From Neoechinorhynchus agilis (taxonomy: Eukaryota; Animalia; Acanthocephala), in contig CM121341.1 of assembly GCA_051530055.1 (NCBI GenBank), forward strand, positions 4,194,784 through 4,258,783: a DNA stretch of 64,000 nucleotides, in the 5' to 3' direction. This document shows positions 1 through 12,139 of the stretch, piece by piece. A program made the translations under genes and the position numbers. Numbering within the stretch: the first letter of the stretch is position 1; every line of letters starts with the position of its first letter. The notes under the pieces are model-generated. The model saw only the letters and a list, made by a program, of their open reading frames with translations, was not told where the DNA came from and searched no databases.

Positions 1-3000
1 CTTCCCCTCCAGATGCATCTTTTGTGCAGGTCCTCATCACAAATCATCTTGCTCCAATTCTGATGCTGCTACCTGTGCAAACTGTGGCAAGAATCATCCG
101 GCCTTTGCACGTTCTTGCAAATTCGCGCAAAAATATTTTGACGATTCCATACCATCGAAGCAGCGAGTATTCCATAATTCTAGTTATAGAGAATTCTATC
201 CACAACATAATCCTTTCTCTTCGGACGGTTTTTCCTCTAAGGAGTCGAAGACTCAACCTTCCCCTGATGGTCACAAGCCTAAACTTCCCCCCAAACCTCC
301 GGAAAAATCCTTTCTTGATAGTTTAAAATCTTCCATTAATACTTCTCAACTTTATCCCGATAAAGAAATTTCATTACTTAAGTACATCCTTACTTTGATC
401 CTTCACAAACTGGAAAAGATTTCTACACCAGACTCTACCTCCGACAATTTTTCTAGATTATTTAACTTTAATAACTGAATCGATTGTGAAAATTATAAAA
501 GAGATATTTCCCCATCTTTGCGTAACTTGGAATCTACAGATTCCAAACGTCCTAAATTCATTTAATGACTTGTTCCAATTATAAGGAATGTCCTTTCTCT
601 TTCATCACATATAATGCCTCTAGGGCTTCTAGTCTTCCTAATTTTCTTACTCCTTGTGTAGTTGATAACTATGTTAACATGCTGTGTTTTCAAGAAACCG
701 GCTTTTCTAAAATGCTTCTCTTCGATAATTATGATTCTCATGTTCTTCTCCCTAGCTCCACATCAACCAATCAGCACATTGGATTTTCTGGAGGACTTCC
801 AACATTTATTCTTAAATCTCACTCTTCTAAACTTCTCTTTCAAACTAAAAATATTTCTTTTGCAATGCAAATTATTTCTTTTTATAATCCCTTATATGGA
901 ACCTCATCCCTTTTCTCTCCTACTCTTATCCTTTGCAACTTGTATATTCAACCCAGACACGTGGGTATATTTACTAAATCTTTTATGCATATCCTCCGTT
1001 ACTGGAATCCTGACTTTATCGTAGGCGACTTCAATAGTAATTTTTTAAATGCTTTTAGGCCCTTTTTTAAGTTTCGCAATTTTTTGCTCCCCAAATTTCC
1101 TTCTTTTCATAATGTTAAATCTAATAGACATACCTTCTTGGATGGTGCAATTATTAAAAAGTCAATTCCTATTTTATTTTATCCTGCTTCCCAACTTCAG
1201 TCACAGAGATTGTTAGGGCATGACCTTATCCTTTTTAAATCTAATGGCATCTCTCTTAAGGACACTTTCGTTTTTAATCCTAAAAGCTTTTCGAAATTTA
1301 ATAATGATCTCCTTTCTTTTATGAACTCTTCCACTTCATCCTCCTTATCTGACTTTAACAATGCCATTTTATCCTCTGTACATAAAAATTTAATTACTAA
1401 GTCTGTGATCAAGCGACCTCCTGTTTGTCATGAAGCCAACATATTTTATAAAAATGCTGTTATAGCTGACTTGTATGGTAACGCTCCCCTTAAAAACTTA
1501 TTTATGAAAAAATTTTACACAGCTAAGTTTTATCATCAAGTTTCGTTGGACAAAAAGAAGCTGATCTCTCTTAAGTCCTTTGGTAAGGACTTTTGGTCCT
1601 GTATTTTGAAAAGAAGACCGGTCTGTTGGAAGGCAAAAGCATCTAACTGGATAGGGTCTATATCTTATCCTGCAGTAATTGAGTCTATTTTGATGGCACA
1701 TACTCTTAGTGCATGTTCTTCTCCTCCACTTCCCATCTTTAATAAAAAGTCCTTTTCGTGGAATTTTGAAGTTGAAGTTTTTCTGAAGGCCTGTAAATCT
1801 AACCCCTCTAAAGCGTATAATATAAATGGCACTTACCCATAATTTTTAGTTCTATTTCTGATAAGGTAAAATCTATCTATTTTAGTAGATTTCGTTTATC
1901 GAAAATTGATTTTAATGATCTACTTAACATAAATATTGTTAAGAAAATTTTTATTCCCAAAACGAAAGGACGTATATTTAACGCATCCCACATCAGAGTA
2001 ATTTCCATACAGAACCCAATCGTCTCTTGCTTAGAAAGAGCGGTGAACGGGAAACTGTACGACTTTTTAGTATGTAGAAAGCTAATCCCCGACTTTTTCC
2101 ATGGCTTCATTAGAGGTAAAGGTGTCACGTCGCTTTTATCCTCTCTTAATTCTATGAATGAAGCTATTAATGTACAAAAACTTCTCATTCAGCTGGATAT
2201 TAATTAGGCTTTTGATGCCTTGGATCGTGGCTTTCTTTATGAGGCTTTAGTTAATCTTAAAGTTCCTCTTAATCTTATCTACAAAACCAACTATCTTATG
2301 GAATCCAAGTCCTTTTACTATGAGGTGGACCCTTCTCACACTAAATTTTTCTCTAGATATGGTGTTCCTCAAGGATCTCCACTCTCGCCCACCTTATTTT
2401 CAATTGCCCTTATATATATTTTCAAAAATTTAAAGAAATCATCTTCCATATTTCCTTTAGTTTATGCGGATGATATATTCTTATTTTGTAAAGCTAGAAC
2501 ATCTTCTATTCTAACGTATAATATAGCCAATTTTATGCAATCTTTGTCGTCGGAACTTAGGAAAGCCAATTTAGTTACAAACAATAACAAAACTTTCTTT
2601 ATTCCACTGACTAAAACTTTGGCTTCGAGGAAGCTTCTAATTAATGAATTATCTTCTAATTTCAATTTCCCTAATATCAATTTTAGATCGCATTCCAAGA
2701 TTTTAGGTGTTGATTTCCCCTGTAAAAATCACAGAATTTTTATAAACTCTTCCTTTAAAAGTCTTCTGACAAAAACAGATATTTTTATCAAAAGAGCGAA
2801 AAGGTTATCAATTTCCCCACCTTTTATTTCTAAAGTGTTAAAAATATTTCTAGGGGGTTCAATATGCTTTTTCGCACGAGGCCGGCCCCCAGAAAACAGA
2901 CTATCATTTTATCTTACTATGCTGAATAAGCTTAGCAGTATTCTTATTAAAAATAATATTGATACGGAACCCCTTTTTCCTTCTTAACAAGAATTTTTTT

Positions 3001-3210
3001 GTCTAAAATTTGGTTTTATTCTTATTGTTATTCTAGCTGTAAATATTTTAATTACAACTCCTCAATTCTTAGAATCTTTTTCAATAAACCATCTAGTTTT
3101 TTACCCATTAATCAAACTAATATACTTAACAGGAATGAGGTAAGTGATTTTCTCATGTTATTCTCTTTTTTACAGGATCAGGACCATAAAAGGATTATTA
3201 TTACTTAAGA
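1..3210 (+). mobile_element. Inactivated non-LTR retrotransposon (APE-RT LINE, 'family A'): ORF1 tail with Zn knuckles, APE endonuclease 565-1842, RT about 1870-2987
   Basis: Knuckles CIFCAGPHHKSSC and CANCGKNHPAFARSC at 14-118; APE motifs LCFQET, VGDFN, FLDGAII; RT motifs GVPQGSPLSPTLF and YADD; in-frame stops and frameshifts near 1840-1870, 2205 and 2987. Confidence 0.92.
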
Positions 3211-3779
3211 ATTAAAAGAAGGGTTTTCGAGGCTGCTGTGAGGGGATTTAAGAGATCGTCCCACAACTCACAGCCATCTTGGGCCCGAGACATATTAGAT
3301 CAAGCAAGAAAGAGGAATTAAGAGATTGATTGTGTGTATGTTGTATGAGGCGTGAAATAATAATAATAATGTACAGCAAAACGTATCTTTTGTAGGAGGA
3401 ATGCTCTTGATCTCGGAACGCCAGTAATTCGTCGGAGCACTCCTTCCATCCCTCGCTAAAAGAATTAACAAAAAGAAGAGCGAGTAATCAATATTATTTT
3501 CCGTAAATCCTTCATTACTCCATGCTTTGTGCGATTCGTGAAAGTAAAATGTTTCATGTTTGTTAAAAGAGAATCTAAGCCATTTTTATTAGCAATTAAA
3601 AATTTAGTAATTCTGGAATGAGTAAAACCATACTTTGGATAAAAATGTTTTATGAAAAGGAAATAAAAGCTACCGATTTATATAATAAAATTTCCTTCTC
3701 TTGGTGTTTTTCATAAAAATGTTAAAAATTGAGTCTAAGCTCGGGCGGTCGTCCTCGGAACCCACCAAAAAGTGGTTTT

Positions 3780-3960
3780 ATCCCACTTTAACATTCCTAA
3801 CATCGTCGAGCCAAGTAATCTAAGGTGTTTCGATGGAAGACGTCCGGATGGAGTGATAGTTTTCCGTGGAGCCGTTAACGCTGTCTTATGTGGGAATCGA
3901 CATGAACCTACGCTTTGGTCAAGTGCGACCTCGAAGTTGCGAAAAAATGAGCTAATCTCC
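3780..3960 (+). mobile_element. CRE-like (restriction-like endonuclease) retrotransposon 3' fragment
   Basis: VEPSNLRCFDGRRPDG motif typical of the CRE-clade RLE domain; degenerate. Confidence 0.65.
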
Positions 3961-4029
3961 TCTGAACATCTCTCTCTTCTGATCAACAAACCAATATAAT
4001 TTATCCAGAAATTATTTTTGTTTCGTCAT

Positions 4030-4593
4030 TCAAAATTAAAGATGTAATACAAAGATCCAGTAATGAAGTAACATGTTGTGAAATTCCAGTGCTGAATAAA
4101 TAATCTATATAAAATCATCTCGATCAGTGAATCTCTTAACTTCCAACACCGTATCTTTGTATTTCTGATCCAAGATAATGCCCACTCCGTTTCTATCATT
4201 GCTCGATCCACTATAGTTCAGTTTGTAGCCATTACCTAATTCTCGCGCCTTCGTTCCTTTCCATCGTAGTTCCTGCAAGCATCGAATTGAAATTCGTCTC
4301 TTTTTTCATCATGCTCATTACTTCCATTGACTTGCCTGCCATCGTACCCACATTTAATGTGCCCCCCAACTTGCACAATAGTTTTTCGCTCATTGGTAAA
4401 CTTATTCACAAATGCCGAGAGGATTATCTGCGCCTCGCATGAAGGGGAGCTTAAGTTCAATTGTGATTTTTGATGTGATCTTGCATGTGAGGTTGTTTGA
4501 AGCAAGTTTTACGGCCGGATGTCCTTCCAGTCGCCAACCCTCCCCGTTTATCCGGGCTTGGGACCGGCATCAGGTTTCCCCGATGGCTGGGTT
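4030..4593 (-). mobile_element. RTE-clade LINE 5' fragment (5' UTR plus APE N-terminus)
   Basis: Frameshifted translation GTLNVGTMAGKSMEV...LQELRWKGTKARELGNGYKLNYSG...RNGVGII; 5' UTR motif shared with the RTE at 40520-40590. Confidence 0.85.
4532..4593 (-). ncRNA. Twister ribozyme (P3-type), lacking the 5' P1 strand
   Basis: Minus strand AACCCAGCC-ATCGGGGAAACCTGAT-GCCGGTCCCAAGCCCGGATAAACGGGGAGGG matches the twister core; P4 CCGG/CCGG, loop UCCCAAGC, GAGGG, P3 hairpin. Confidence 0.8.
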
Positions 4594-4972
4594 CCAATCA
4601 TCGATAGTTGGAGTTCTTAAGCACATTGCTGGACAGATGAATAATTCGATCCGAATTTTATCGAGCAAAAAAGGAAATTTTGGTGTAATCCTTCTTTTGG
4701 GAAGATCGACTTCAGCGAGACAAGATGAGGCCATCGCTCGGATGGACCGAATAAATGATTTTATAGTTGTATTGCCGCCATCATTCGAGATTATAATGAG
4801 TTGGATGAAAGAGGACAAAGACGTCTGATCTGAATTTGTTTGCCACTCTCAGCGAATGACTGAACGCTGCAGAACGTGGTATTCGATTCCTTTTTTAACG
4901 CAATCAGTTTTAACGTTTCTATTTACAGCACCAATCAATCCTTCTAATTAAAAAAAGATTTTTATATGTTGG

Positions 4973-5280
4973 TAAGCTTGTGGCGGCAACTTCTTTCACG
5001 GGATTGACGTGTACCCGTAAGAAGTTTCCCTTAGCCGAAAGAACAACATACAGGTAACTCATGTATCACAGATTAATATACTTGGTTTTCTTTTCGTGAC
5101 GCCGCTAAATTGGTGACCCCGACGAGACTGGCCTGGTCACCAATTTAGCGGCGTCACGAAAAGAAAACCAAGTATATTAATCTGTGATACATGAGTTACC
5201 TGTATGTTGTTCTTTCGGCTAAGGGAAACTTCTTACGGGTACACGTCAATCCCGTGAAAGAAGTTGCCGCCACAAGCTTA
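4973..5280. mobile_element. Foldback/MITE-like element with 146-bp inverted arms, 16-nt loop and TA at both ends
   Basis: 4973-5118 is the reverse complement of 5135-5280; ends TAagcttg...caagctTA. Confidence 0.9.
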
Positions 5281-6499
5281 AAAATCGATTTTAGATTTTC
5301 ATTCCGATGAACTCTCCGTCGGTTCAATAATGAGCTTTTTTTACATAACACCAACGAAAACGAATAAAATCGCTGGGAATTTAAAAAGACTTCGAGCAAG
5401 CAGTTTTCATGCCTAATTTTCCCGAATTTGTTGTTCGATTAAATGGCAACTAAAAAATTTAAACGACCGCCGAATAATTAAACGGACCTGAATTCTGTCG
5501 TTTTTTCGTATCTTCCAAATCGCCGTCCGCCTTCTATCGCGCTGCATCTGCGTTCCTCGCGTCGTTCTGTTTTGTTTTCCGATGAATCGAGCGATCTTCG
5601 AGGTTAAATGGAGGCATTTTGGCGGCTCAATGGAGATTGTGCTGGAGTCTGGAAACCCCAATGAACATTGAGGCGTTTTTCAATGCAGACAGCCAGAAAT
5701 TGTCTTTTATTGATTCATAGAGCGGAGAATTGCTTCATCGTCCAGGGAAGTGAACTAATTGTTTTATTCTTCTTGTTTCCCGTGATGTTCGAACTCTTTC
5801 TTGCAATTGTTGAAAGCTTGCTTTTCTGCATGAAATGAAAAGTATCTCGATATTTTTTTGATTTGAAGTGGGCGGTACATTTTTTCGAAAAGTTATTGTT
5901 TGTTTAAATCAATCTGCCGTTGTTGCTTGTTTATTGTGACATTTTTGAAGCTTTTTTTTGAAAGAGACTCGGGTACTTTCATTTATGCGATTTATCGCTT
6001 CAGTTTTTACATTGAAGAGTTATGAAAACTTAATTACACACCGGCAAATGGTAGAAGCAACTGTAATTCTTCTTTTTCGAACGGTTTTTCTTTTACAAGT
6101 CGCAAAATTGCTCAGAGTTTTGAGACACTCCAAAGAATGCTTCTGCTAAGAAACCAATCGTTTAAACGGGAACGTTTTATTAGCCAAAAGCCATGTTATA
6201 ACCAACTTAAAAGTGTTACATGATTTCGTCCTGTTAATTTTTTTATCAGCCAAAAAGCTTTCAATGCGTTTGCCCAGCTCGTATCTAAGACGAATATTCA
6301 GTCGCCCTTCCACTTTTATTTCATCAAATCTACAATAAACAAAATTTGTTTTGAGGACAATGGAGACTGGTAATCGCAAGGAAACGTAAATACATTTAAA
6401 TCCATCGTTTACTCCACATCGAATACTCACATTTCAGTATATCAATTCTATAAATGGGTTCCCCTACGCATCGAAATCATGCGTTGAAGACATCCCAAA

Positions 6500-7250
6500 A
6501 CATAGTACATAAAGTTGCTTGCGTAGATTCCTACTTAGAAATTGAATTCTAGATTACATAATTGGCAGATTTGTGCACAAAGCTTCGATTAAAGTATTTA
6601 TCCAAATTTCGTCGACTTTTCTGTATCTTTCCTTTACAGTTTGAGCATTGACTTTCATCCATTTAAACGTTTCGTTTATGAAGTAAATCAGAATATACCC
6701 AAGAGATTCCAAATCGTCTCCGGGGCTTTGTCTTGAACTCCTTTGAGCATAAATGCTAATATATCGAATTGTACCAACCACAGATCGTCGCTGTTGGTAC
6801 TTAAAACGTTTCCCGGGCTCAAAATGTCCACACTCACGAGCAAGATCGGAATAAATCAAATGAATTATTTGCTTAAAATATAATAAACTTCCAACGACGC
6901 CTTGTTTTAAAATATTGCCGATATTTATTCCAAAGGCAATAGAGAAGGTTTCAAGGCATCGGTCAAATCCGTGATGTTGCGGCTTTTACTTCAATTTTTT
7001 TATTTAAATAAGTATGCATACAATTCGGTCCCATTGGGCATCTTTGATCGTTTACAGCCATTATGAGATGAACTTTGTCGACTTTTACCATTGTTTGCTT
7101 CCTCCTGATATCTACCAGATGCTGATCTCTGAACCGAGGAAATCGGAAAATAAGTAACAAAAGAAACATTAAATATAAGCTCTTGTAGTTCAGCACTCCC
7201 TTCCTCGATTTCAGCTTCTATGTAGCAGCCAAATAAAAAACGCAATGATA
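6500..7250 (-). pseudogene. Degenerate casein kinase 1/TTBK-family kinase relic
   Basis: VGTIRYISIYAQRSSRQSPGDDLESLGYILIYF matches CK1 subdomains VIII-IX; DFG replaced by YSD; frameshifts around the HRDLKP region. Confidence 0.7.
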
Positions 7251-7299
7251 TGTTTTTGGAAAAATAAAAATAACAAAGAAGCTCCACGTCTTCCAGGTA

Positions 7300-8500
7300 A
7301 ATTTTTAGAAATTACATTTCTTTTTATTAAGAAGTCCATTAGTTAGACATATTTTTTTTACAATAATAAAGCACAAAACGTGCAATCACCACCGTCCGCA
7401 AAATCTTAGCTTCTCTCCTTCCTCGGCAACAACTTTTTCTAATTTAGAAATTAGGGAATTGTCCATCCCATGAATCAAGAATTTTTTCGATATTAGTTGA
7501 GCTAACCACCTGAAAATACTTTGTGGAAGCAAGATCAAGGGTTATTAGCGTAAGAATTGCGTTTGTCCAAAACAGATTAACGTCTTTTTTAGAAAATGAG
7601 CTCATGTTTTCAGGGAACCAAGCGATGCTCGCCCTAACCCCGAAAAGATTTCTGTATGAAATTTGTCCAATGACTTTAGGATAAGATACTGTGCCTATCC
7701 AGTTAAAGGCTTAATGTTTTCAGTCTATAAATTTTTCTTTCAAATAATGTTCCAAAATTTGGAACTGAATTTTGTTACTGATTCCAGCTTAGCTTTATTG
7801 ATGTTATTATTGGAAAGCTCCCGATAAAATTCAGATTTCCAGTGTTTACGTAAGAGAAAGTTACCATTAACTTCATTAATAATTGCAAGTCTCATGTACG
7901 CGTTAATTTCTTTGGGGAGTCGATTTCTATGTAAATGGTAAAAAAAGATCAGGTGTTTTTTCGCAGCTTCTGATATTATCCTATTGACATCGGATAATTT
8001 AATAAAATATCCCCTTACATCTTTCTCAATTTTTCCATTGAAAGGAGCAGTGCCCGTTGTTTCCATGACAATTTTAGGTTTTAGGTCCAGTTCCCCGAAA
8101 ACAATTAAATCGTTTCTAAAAATTGAGTAGAAACTCTAACAGATATATTCACGTATTTTTTTAATGAGGCAACCATCTATGAACGAGTGAATGTTTCGTG
8201 AATTGTATAGATTAGTCCAATCCTTAAAAGCATTTAATGATCTAGGGTTAAAGTCTCCGACAATCACATCAGGAGAACATTCCCGGAACCATCGTGAGTA
8301 ATCTTTTAAAATTTTATTAACTTTTCTAGGTGGTATGTAAATATTACATAAAAGTAGACGTGTTGTATTAATCGATAAAAAATCATTGATACAAAATAAT
8401 TGCATAGAAAGATTTTCAATTCTATTTTGATATAAGAGTTTGGGATAATGTTCTTTTTTAATAAAAGTTCGTAACTCTCCCGAAAAGCCAATATGTTTAA
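7300..8500 (-). mobile_element. Family A LINE relic (APE and RT fragments)
   Basis: LLLCNIYIPP, VIVGDFN and HSFIDGCLI motifs; RT-like fragments downstream. Confidence 0.75.
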
Positions 8501-8605
8501 TCGATGGGTTCGTAAAAGTTAGAAGTAAAATAAAGGGTTCAAAAATCCAATATGATATGGCAGCTGAAGTGTCCGATTCCTGTATTCAGATAACATTCCT
8601 TTCTT

Positions 8606-8903
8606 ATATATTACCCTGTTCAATAGCCTAACAAGAAATATGGCTACCCTTCGATATATTGTATAATATAATACTTTTATTTTTTTTCATAATGCAAAGG
8701 GCGTAGAGCAATTTCGTCCCTTAGGAAAATTTTACTTTCATCATGATCTAGATCCACTACAGTTTAGTCTAATTTTCTTTTAAATAGGGTAGTCTGTAAC
8801 ATGATCTATAATCATCTCCTCGTCTGACTCTGGTGTGTTGACATCGCAGTAGGTAGTTTATGTTTCTAAAAACTCACAAACCACACACACGATATCTAGT
8901 AAT
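8606..8903. repeat. About 298-bp dispersed direct repeat, copy 1 (probable LINE 3' UTR or small element)
   Basis: Near-identical to 10506-10804; lies directly 3' of the minus-strand RT C-terminus. Confidence 0.9.
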
Positions 8904-8973
8904 TGCTTTTAAATTTATTCATCATGTGGCAGTATGAGAAGAAAAACCAAAACAAGAAACTGGTCTGTATCGT

Positions 8974-10270
8974 TCAACTAGACCATCTCATAAGTCTACT
9001 GTTGCAGAAGATCCTCAATTCTCCGGCCCAGGAGAAAGACAGGGTATTAAGGTTATCGCAGAACGTTTTGATGATTAAAGCCTTTTGTTCCGGGGGGCGA
9101 CCTCGAGAAAAAAGACCAGGCCAGGAATGCTCCAGATTTTGTAAATAGTTTGGCATTGATTAGCGTTTAACCCGAGAGTAACGGCGCGCTTCGTCTTTTT
9201 CGATGCTAAGGTGAGCATTTTTTTCATTTTATTCAAATCTAATCTAGGCGAGAGATTAGCAGTAAAGGTGTGACCCAATATTTTAATTTTAAGGGGTGTA
9301 TTCCTAAAACCTGAAGAAGATGTGTCAGGGTTGTTCATTAAATTGTTGAAAAAGGATTTTAAATCTTTTCTAATTCTGCTTGAGCGAACTTTAAAAATGC
9401 ATAAACATTTCGACTTATTCAACGAAAAGTTCATTTTAGGTAAAAAGGAGTTAAGAAAATCAATACATTGCTCAATCAGGAGTTTCATTCTAGCTGCTCT
9501 GTGGGTGGAGATGACAAAAGTAAAATCATCCGCGTAGCAGGCGAGCGAGGCCCGAACTTTAAAATTCTGAATCAAGTATTGTGATGCCATAAGGAAGAGA
9601 ATAGGTGACAGAGGCGACCCCCGCGGAACACCATTGGACGGGTAGTAAAGTGTCTTTGAGGCGTCGTCTTCGTAGTAAAAGGATTTTGTAAATAAAATAT
9701 TGTGGATACGTGTAATTAAATTGTGAGGTAGACTGAAAAATTCAAGCATTTCAACAATAAAAGAAATCATATCAAAAGCTTGAGAAATGTCCACGGCAAG
9801 AATGGGTCTCGTGGGATAGTTAGAGAAGGAAAAATTGGAGTAAACCTCTGCAAGTGCAGAATGAACTGGTTTCCCTTTTAGAAAGCCATGACAGTTCGGC
9901 GAGATGCAATTATGTTCATTAATGAAAGATCTCAACCTATTTGCAAGGGCGCGTTCACATATGCTAACTGGAGGATTTTGAAGCGAGATTGGACGAACAT
10001 CCTTTGGTTCAACAATAGTCTTCCTGATATTTTTGACCAAGAAAATGCGTCTAGAAACAATGATATCCCTCCACGCGTATGGCGAACAGCATAGCATAGC
10101 CTTTGCAAGGAGGATTATGCAGTCCCTAAGAGGCAAAGTGAAAATTTTCGTCCCGGGGTAGCCGTTAGCCGAATCCAATTTCGGATTCGTGGACCAAACT
10201 TCGAGAATGTCATTTAAAGAGATATCAGTACGATTACGTATTAGTTTACGCTTTTTGACTTTTGAATGAG
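8974..10270 (-). mobile_element. Family A LINE reverse transcriptase (ORF 9075-10178 plus frameshifted C-terminus)
   Basis: RPISLQ, HGFLKG, AVDISQAFD, GVPRGSPLSPILF, YADD and family motif SRGRPPE. Confidence 0.93.
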
Positions 10271-10505
10271 AGCTATGGATATTTCTGGTAAATATCGAGT
10301 GAGCTTAAAAAGGTTGGCGCCCCCCCCCACAGTTCCACTGCAACACCTTAACATTGCCTACCTTCTCCTGAGCCATCGAGTCAAAGTTTCTTCGCATTGG
10401 CATTTGAAATCAAATTGGTTGTTCCGTTGTCGATCAGCCTGGATTAGGTTTCAATTATTCTTGCAACGAATTCAGAAGTTGATTGATCTTCATCATCACC
10501 ACATC

Positions 10506-10804
10506 ATATATTACCCTGTTCAATGGCCTAACAAGAAATATGGCTACCCTTCGATATATTGTATAATATAATACTTTTATTTTTTTCATAATGCAAAGGG
10601 CGTAAAGCAATTTCGTCCCTTAGGAAAATTTTACTTTCATCATGATCTAGATCCACTACAGTTTAGTCTAATTTTCTTTTAAATAGGGTAGAGTCTGTAA
10701 CATGATCTACAATCATCTCCTCGTCGGACTCTGATGTGATGACATCGCAGTAGTTAGTTTATGTTTCTAAAAACTCACAAACCACACACGCGATATATAG
10801 TAAT
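10506..10804. repeat. About 298-bp dispersed direct repeat, copy 2
   Basis: Near-identical to 8606-8903. Confidence 0.9.
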
Positions 10805-10929
10805 CGTGTTATTGATCGGCGCTTTGTGTAGTGAGTGAATTATCGATCTCCGCTTAACATTTAAATACCGTCATTCACCACGTGGTGTAACAGTCTCTTT
10901 CTTTTTTTACATAATATTTTAGCAAATTA

Positions 10930-12080
10930 ATTTCTTCATCTTTCTCTTCGCCTTTTTAAGAATTTTATCTGTTCTTGTAAGGAATTAAGTTGAGACCTTA
11001 AAGATTTAATTATATTACTTTCTGATGATTGGATTTTTCGATTTTGATGGGGATAGGAGTGAGTTGGGTAATTTTTATTGGCACATACGTTAGATTTTTG
11101 TCCGCTGAGATGTACACTTGATTTGAAATACTTAGCCGCTGCGGGGCAAAACCTTTTATAGGCCTTATGATTTCCACCGCAGTTACAGCAAATCACTTTA
11201 TTATTTTTAGTACAATCAGAGGATATATGATTCTCGGCGCGAATTCCGCATTTCGGCTCATTTCTACATTGCGAAAGTGTGTGTCCCCACTGATTGCATT
11301 TTGAAAAATTTATCCAATGAGCTAGGAATCCGGCTGAGGTTTCTCAGTGACGTTCACTGGACCTTATACTGATAAAGCATAGGGAGCTTTTTCCGGATTT
11401 TGGTATAGTAATTTTATTGATTAAACCTGGCGCTTTTTCGCTCTTACTTAATTGGTTTCCTTTATGACCGCTGTTATATCATCGGCGTAGATCGAGATAT
11501 TTTTGCAAACCCTGCAATTCTGTATGATGAACTGGGTGGCGAGGCAATTAGTATATCCTATTCTCGTGATCATCCTTAAAAAAGGTTTGGACAACAGTGT
11601 GTTAGAGATCCCAGCAATAATATTGTACGGGAAGTCGAAAAACATGAGAATATTAATAATAAACTCGATCTGGATGTTGTCGAATGCCCGGGAAATATCA
11701 AACGAAACCAATAAATTGGTTGATTGTTGAAAAATGGTAGGCGATCTCCTTGATTGCTGAGTATACCGATTTCCCTCGAAAAAATCCGTGGTAACGTGCG
11801 TTAATGCAATTGTGCTCTAAAGCATACTCCAATAAGTATCGGGCAAGAGTCCTCTCGTAGATCGAGACTATGGAATTCTGTATGGATATCGGCCTAACAT
11901 CGTTGGCTGACGATATTTTTCGATGCTTATCTTTAACCAGGAAAATGCGTTTGGCAATATAATCGACAACAACTGTTGTGGCGAGGCTCGACAGAGTTTT
12001 GCATAAAAGGGTATCCCCCGATCTTTTGGCAACATAAAGTTGGCGTCCTAGAAAACGATGTGATCGGCTCACATAAGGGC
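10930..12080 (-). mobile_element. Family A LINE relic (RT fragments and ORF1 Zn knuckle)
   Basis: RPISIQ, HGFFRG, SFDISRAFD, YADD; CCNCGGNHKAYKRFC. Confidence 0.85.
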
Positions 12081-12139
12081 GTGAGAAAGTTTTAACATTA
12101 CGACATAAAAAAGTATTATCGGCCTTATTGACGAAGGAG

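Noticed and set aside
3231-3275. Hairpin downstream of the first LINE as a possible ncRNA or ribozyme
   Set aside because: It is a single imperfect stem-loop with no recognised catalytic or snRNA motif and no second copy in the window.
8606-10804. LTR retrotransposon (direct repeats flanking an RT)
   Set aside because: The RT is non-LTR type; no TG...CA ends, integrase or protease were seen.
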